A DNA stretch of 64,000 nucleotides, from positions 2,176,001 through 2,240,000 of the forward strand of contig CBDDPY010000002.1 of assembly GCA_965232515.1 (NCBI GenBank), read 5' to 3'. Position numbers and translations under genes: made by a program. Below are positions 59,487 through 64,000 of the stretch, piece by piece; the stretch's first letter is position 1; every line of letters starts with the position of its first letter. The notes beneath the pieces were generated by a model. It made no database searches and was not told the origin of the DNA. It saw only the letters and a list, made by a program, of their open reading frames with translations. Origin of the DNA: Alphaproteobacteria bacterium (lineage in GTDB: Bacteria; Pseudomonadota; Alphaproteobacteria; GCA-2731375).

Positions 59487-59516
59487 CATCGGCCCGGCCA
59501 CAGCCCGGTCACAACT

Positions 59517-59576
59517 CTCATCTTCTGTTCATCAACTTTTAAGTCGCCGTTCATTCGGCCGTCAGGACTGCCTCAT
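59517..59576 (+). promoter_or_regulatory. 11-bp-phased direct-repeat array, putative OmpR/PhoB-family binding region
   Basis: CTCAT 59517, TTCAT 59528, TTAAG 59539, TTCAT 59550, GTCAG 59561 and CTCAT 59572. Confidence 0.65.
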
Positions 59577-59682
59577 GTTCGATCACCAACCTAAAGACTG
59601 TCAGCGCAACGACACGACGAGGATCGCCAAAGTGGCGCGCAGTCATTCCACCCAGTCTCGCCCGACCAAAGGAGTACAGGAC

Positions 59683-60735
59683 ATGACCACCATCGCTTTC
59701 GACCGCAGCCGTCTCGATCGGATCAAGACGGCGTTCACGACGCGACGCGTGCCGCGGGACGATATGCAGACCATCATCCCCGAAATCGCCGACGTTCAGC
59801 CGGGCGACCTGGTGCTGGCGAGGGTGAAGAATATCGGCCACCACAAGGGCCTGCAGTTACGCACCGGTCGGCGCGCCGACCTCTATACCGACGAAGAGAT
59901 CATCCTGTGCTTCGGCAACCGCTATGCCCCGGATCAGTTCGAGGCCACGCTGGACGGCATCGACGGCACCTGCCATCTGGCCGCCGCCGGCGGCGTCGCC
60001 AGCCTGGTGCAGTGCCGGCACGCGCGGACCAAAAAGCCGACCGAGCTGAAGCTGATCGGCCTGGTCGGCGACGCCGCGGGCAAGCCGTTGAACATCAAGA
60101 GCTACGCGCTGCCGCCCGTTCACTATGCCTGCGACGTGCCGCTGATCGTTGTCCTGGGCACCTCGATGAACGCCGGCAAGACAACGACCATGGCCAACCT
60201 GGTGCGCGGCCTGGCCGCGGGCGGCATCAAGGTCGGCGCCGCCAAGATCACCGGCACCGGCGCCTTCGCCGACGTCATGGCCTATACCGACGCCGGCGCC
60301 TGCGAGGTGCTGGACTTCACCGACGCCGGCCATGTCTCGACCTACCGGCTGGAGCTGGACGAGATCGAGCGGGTGATGAACACGCTGACGGGTCATCTGC
60401 GGCATGCCGGCGCCGAGGCCATCGTGGTCGAGATCGCCGATGGCATCTTCCAACGCGAGACCGCGATGCTGATGCAGTCGCGCATGTTCCGCGATGTCGC
60501 CGACGGCGTCATCTTCGCCGCGTCCGATGCGGTCAGCGCGGTGGGCGGCGTCAATCACCTGCGCCAGCTCAGCCTGCCGGTGCTGGCGGTCAGCGGCGTC
60601 ATCACACAATCCCCCCTGGGCTGCCGCGAGGCCGCCGAGGCGGCGCAGGTCGAGGTGATCCCGACCTTCGACCTGGCCAAGCCCGACGTCGCCCGCGTCT
60701 TCGCCTTCCCGGCGCCGTTCCTGAAGTCGGCCTGA
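59683..60735 (+). CDS. DUF1611-like P-loop protein
   Basis: GNRYAPDQF, VLGTSMNAGKTT, AAKITGTG, DFTDAGHVSTY and VEIADGIFQRET; SD AAGGAG precedes ATG 59683. Confidence 0.8.
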   Translation: MTTIAFDRSRLDRIKTAFTTRRVPRDDMQTIIPEIADVQPGDLVLARVKNIGHHKGLQLRTGRRADLYTDEEIILCFGNRYAPDQFEATLDGIDGTCHLAAAGGVASLVQCRHARTKKPTELKLIGLVGDAAGKPLNIKSYALPPVHYACDVPLIVVLGTSMNAGKTTTMANLVRGLAAGGIKVGAAKITGTGAFADVMAYTDAGACEVLDFTDAGHVSTYRLELDEIERVMNTLTGHLRHAGAEAIVVEIADGIFQRETAMLMQSRMFRDVADGVIFAASDAVSAVGGVNHLRQLSLPVLAVSGVITQSPLGCREAAEAAQVEVIPTFDLAKPDVARVFAFPAPFLKSA

Positions 60736-60766
60736 AAGCGGGCGGCGCAAGAAGGAGACGCGTGAC

Positions 60767-62470
60767 ATGTCCCTGCCTGCGGTCCTTTCCGGCAAGCGCC
60801 GACTGTGGTTCGGCTACCTGGTAGCCAACGGCATCGGCCAGGCGGGAGTCGCGGTCGGCATGGCCATGCTGGTCAAGCTGGGCTTCGACACCCTGGTGAC
60901 ATCCGGCCAACCGCCTTCGACGGAAAACGCCGCCATCTTCGGCGGTGGTTTCCTGGCGGTGATCGCCGCCGCCGCCTGGCTGCGCTGGCGCAGCCATCTC
61001 GATGCCGAACATCTGGGCCAAGGCTATGTCCATGCCGTCCGCCTGAGGCTGTTCCGCCACCTGACGCGGATCGGCGCGGACGGCGCACGGCAGATGAGCC
61101 GCGGCGCGGTCGTCTTGCGCTTCGTCGGCGATCTGACGGCGCTCCGGCAATGGATCAGCTTCGGCCTCGCCCGGCTGACCGTCAGCGGCCTCGCCGCCGT
61201 CCTGGCGGTCGGCACGTTGAGCTTTATCGAACCGGTCGTGGCTCTGGCCGTCGCCGTCGCGGTTGTGGTGGCGGCCGCGTTGGCACTCGGCATCGGCCCA
61301 CGTCTCCGGGTAACCACACGCGAAACCCGTCGCCGGCGCGGCCGGCTGGCATCGATGCTGAACGACCGCGTGTCGCATATCGGCGTGGTCGAAGCCTTCG
61401 GCCAGGAGAACAAGGAGCACAAGCGTTTCGAGCGGCTGAGCACGCGGCTGCGGCATTCGCTGATCGACCGCGCCCGGGTGATCGGCTTGCTGAGGTCGCT
61501 GTCCGAGGCCAGCGGCAGTCTCGCCAGCATGTGCGCACTGATCGTCGGCGCCGTGCAGGTCGGCGCCGGTCATGCCAGCCCCGGCGCCGTGGTCGCGGCG
61601 ATGGTGGTCGCCGGCTTCCTGGCGCCCCGCCTGCAGGACCTGGGCCGGGTCTACGAATACTGGAACGGCGCATTGATCGCCCGCGAGAAGCAGTTGCAAC
61701 TGCTGGCCCTGAAGCCGGTCGGGCGTCGCCGCGGCGGCGGCGAGACCAGGTCGCTGACGAGCGGCGACGGCCGCATCGCATTGAAGGACGTCGGCCTGAA
61801 GGGCCTGTTCGATGGCCTGACGGCGTCGATCTCCGCCGGCGAACGGATCGCCATCGTCGGCCCGAACGGCGCCGGCAAGTCGACCCTGCTGCGGCTGATC
61901 GCCGGCATCCTTCACGCGGACAGCGGCGAGGTGCGGCTCGACGACCAGAACATCGCCAAGTGCCGCTGGCAGGACCTGCGCCGGGCCTTCGCGCTGGTCT
62001 CGCCCGACCTGCCGTTACTGCGCGGCTCGCTGCGGCTGAACCTGACCTACGGCGGGAAGCGGCCGTCCGACGATGATCTCATGCAGGTGCTGCACGACCT
62101 CGGCCTCGACGATCTGGTCGGACGCCTGCGCAACGGCCTGGACGCCCGCATCTCGGAAGACGGCGCCGGGTTGTCGACCGGCGAGCGGGCCCGTATCGCG
62201 CTCGCCCGGGCCATGCTGGTGCGACCGCGCGTGCTGCTGCTGGACGAGGCCGACGCCAATCTCGATCGCGCCGCGCGCGCCGTATTGGACCGGGTGACGC
62301 AAGCCTATGACGGGACGGTCGTCTTCATTACCCACGATGCGACCCGCGCGTCCACGGCCGATCGCATCCTGCTGTTGGCCGACGGCAAGCTGACGCCGGT
62401 CGACGCGAGCGAGCTTTCGCAAGCGACCGGCACGCCGACGGCCGCGAACGGGCTGCGGCTCGTTACCTGA
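60767..62470 (+). CDS. ABC exporter, fused permease + ATPase
   Basis: N-terminal TM domain, GPNGAGKST, LSTGE signature variant, LLLDE and FITH. Confidence 0.9.
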   Translation: MSLPAVLSGKRRLWFGYLVANGIGQAGVAVGMAMLVKLGFDTLVTSGQPPSTENAAIFGGGFLAVIAAAAWLRWRSHLDAEHLGQGYVHAVRLRLFRHLTRIGADGARQMSRGAVVLRFVGDLTALRQWISFGLARLTVSGLAAVLAVGTLSFIEPVVALAVAVAVVVAAALALGIGPRLRVTTRETRRRRGRLASMLNDRVSHIGVVEAFGQENKEHKRFERLSTRLRHSLIDRARVIGLLRSLSEASGSLASMCALIVGAVQVGAGHASPGAVVAAMVVAGFLAPRLQDLGRVYEYWNGALIAREKQLQLLALKPVGRRRGGGETRSLTSGDGRIALKDVGLKGLFDGLTASISAGERIAIVGPNGAGKSTLLRLIAGILHADSGEVRLDDQNIAKCRWQDLRRAFALVSPDLPLLRGSLRLNLTYGGKRPSDDDLMQVLHDLGLDDLVGRLRNGLDARISEDGAGLSTGERARIALARAMLVRPRVLLLDEADANLDRAARAVLDRVTQAYDGTVVFITHDATRASTADRILLLADGKLTPVDASELSQATGTPTAANGLRLVT

Positions 62471-62512
62471 ACCTTAACCGCGCCATCGAATGCAACCGAA
62501 GGAGGGCAGCAA

Positions 62513-63106
62513 ATGAATTACTTCCGATTGATCAAACCGCGCGTCGACGTGCGTCCGTTCCTGGACGAGATTGCCAAGACACCGTCGGCCTGGGACCTGA
62601 GCACCGGCCGACAGGACAAGATCGCCGTGCAGCGCGAGGCCGAGTCGATCCCGCTGCGCGGCCTGGTGAAGTCGAAGATCGGCAACCGCAAGCGGCGCGA
62701 CGTGCACGAGAGCCGCTACACGACGATCTCGAAGAAGTTTCCGGTCGCCCGCGCCTTCCTGGAAGGTTTCGCGGCCGAACGGGACGCCGAGCTGGGCCGC
62801 GGCAAGATCGTCCGGCTGAAGCCCGGTCACAAGGTCTATCCGCATATCGACCGCGGCGAGTACTACCGGGTCCGCGACCGCTATCACCTGATCCTGCAGA
62901 GCGCACTCGGCAGCTACATGAAGTCGGGCGACGAGGAGATCCGCATGCAGGTGGGCGAGCTCTGGTGGTTCGACAACAACGAGATGCACGAGGCCTTCAA
63001 CGACGGCGACGCCGATCGTATCCACATTATCTTCGACATGCTGCCGCGGTCGCGTTTCGCGGAAGTTTACGGCATCGAACGTGAAGCCGAGGGCCAAGCG
63101 GCGTAA
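62513..63106 (+). CDS. Aspartyl/asparaginyl beta-hydroxylase-domain 2OG-Fe(II) oxygenase
   Basis: LKPGHKVYPHID (HxD), RYHL, GELWWFDN..HEAFN and DRIHIIFD. Confidence 0.8.
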   Translation: MNYFRLIKPRVDVRPFLDEIAKTPSAWDLSTGRQDKIAVQREAESIPLRGLVKSKIGNRKRRDVHESRYTTISKKFPVARAFLEGFAAERDAELGRGKIVRLKPGHKVYPHIDRGEYYRVRDRYHLILQSALGSYMKSGDEEIRMQVGELWWFDNNEMHEAFNDGDADRIHIIFDMLPRSRFAEVYGIEREAEGQAA

Positions 63107-63130
63107 TCAGCCGCAGGCGCCACCGCCGAT

Positions 63131-64000
63131 ATGTTGAGTCTCAAGTTCTTGAAGGCGACGATCATGATCGCGATCCTGAGTACCGTGCCCTCGCAGCCGC
63201 AGTCCGCCTCCCTGTCTGCGGTCGGGAACTATCCCGCGAAGGATCGCGGTCTGGTCGTTGCCCGCCTGCCGCGATCGCCGGCGGGTGTGCCCTACTACGT
63301 CTATGTGCCGTCGAACCCGCGCGCCGACGCCATGCCGCTGGTCTCGGTGCACGGCATATCGCGGAACGCGTCGGATCACGCGGCCGCGTTCGGGCCGCTG
63401 GCCGAGGCTACGGGCAAGGTTGTCGTCGCACCGCTGTTCTCGACGCGCGGCTGCAAACGCTATCAGCGGGTGCTGGACGACTGTCGCGCCGACAAGGCGC
63501 TGTTGACGACGCTCGACAGCGTCGCCGCTGAAATCGGAATCCCGGTCGACCGCTTCGACCTGTTCGGATTCTCCGGCGGATCGCAATTCGCCCATCGTTT
63601 CGCCATGCTGCATCCGGAACGGGTGAATCGCCTCGCCCTTGCGTCAGCTGGCTGGTACACCTTGCCGACGCCGCACTATCCCTTCCCGGTGGCCGCCGCG
63701 CCGGACAGTCCGGAAGGCGCCCGAATACAGGCGACGCTCAGTCAGTTTCTGACTATTCCCACCCTGGTCGTGGTGGGCGAGCACGACACGACGCGCGACG
63801 CCAATCTGCGGCGAACCCACGGGCTCGACCATCGCCAGGGGCTCACCCGCGTGGAGCGCGGGGCGCGCTTCGTGCAGGCGTTCCGGCTCGCGGCGGCAAG
63901 AGCGGGCATCGCGCCCATTGTGCAGTTCCGGACCATTCCCAACTGCGGCCATTCGTTCGAGGATTGCATCGACAGTGGCGGCATGGCGGCGCTGCTGCTG
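63131..64000 (+). CDS. Probably secreted alpha/beta hydrolase (3' end outside window)
   Basis: Absent from the ORF track because there is no stop in the window. Manual translation gives MLSLKFLKATIMIAILST..., VSVHGISRNA, LFGFSGGSQFAHRFAMLHP, SAGWYTLP and CGHSF. Confidence 0.8.
   Translation, partial: MLSLKFLKATIMIAILSTVPSQPQSASLSAVGNYPAKDRGLVVARLPRSPAGVPYYVYVPSNPRADAMPLVSVHGISRNASDHAAAFGPLAEATGKVVVAPLFSTRGCKRYQRVLDDCRADKALLTTLDSVAAEIGIPVDRFDLFGFSGGSQFAHRFAMLHPERVNRLALASAGWYTLPTPHYPFPVAAAPDSPEGARIQATLSQFLTIPTLVVVGEHDTTRDANLRRTHGLDHRQGLTRVERGARFVQAFRLAAARAGIAPIVQFRTIPNCGHSFEDCIDSGGMAALLL

Noticed and set aside
1-64000. tRNA, rRNA, integrase or transposase genes
   Set aside because: None were recognised by eye; tRNAscan-SE and Infernal would be needed to exclude small RNAs.

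Overview
High-GC alphaproteobacterial chromosomal window (Rhodospirillales-like gene content). From left to right: (1) 1-13.7 kb, a Cpa/Tad pilus locus (cpaC partial, cpaDEF, tadBC, TPR-SPOR tadD-like, tadG, two tadE-like genes) with an inserted ATP-grasp gene and a REC + degenerate-GGDEF regulator. (2) 14-17.6 kb, TIGR02186/TauE, a two-Cys ArsR, ccdA and tusA. (3) 17.7-27.5 kb, a biotin carrier, amidase, thiolase, methyltransferase, SDR and sarcosine oxidase soxBDAG. (4) 27.6-52 kb, a large CoA-dependent catabolic island with a GntR/UTRA regulator and six copies of the palindrome TTTGTCCGGACA(A/T)A. A 265-bp MITE-like element splits its flavin oxidoreductase gene in frame and supplies a restart codon. 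(5) 52.8-56.5 kb, an operon encoding an RHH-like protein, PspA, YqiJ and a flotillin. (6) 56.9-64 kb, a two-component system followed by an 11-bp-phased box array and a DUF1611 / ABC exporter / Asp-beta-hydroxylase / secreted alpha-beta hydrolase operon that runs off the window. No rRNA, tRNA, CRISPR array or transposase was recognised. All product calls come from motif recognition by eye; no database search was run.
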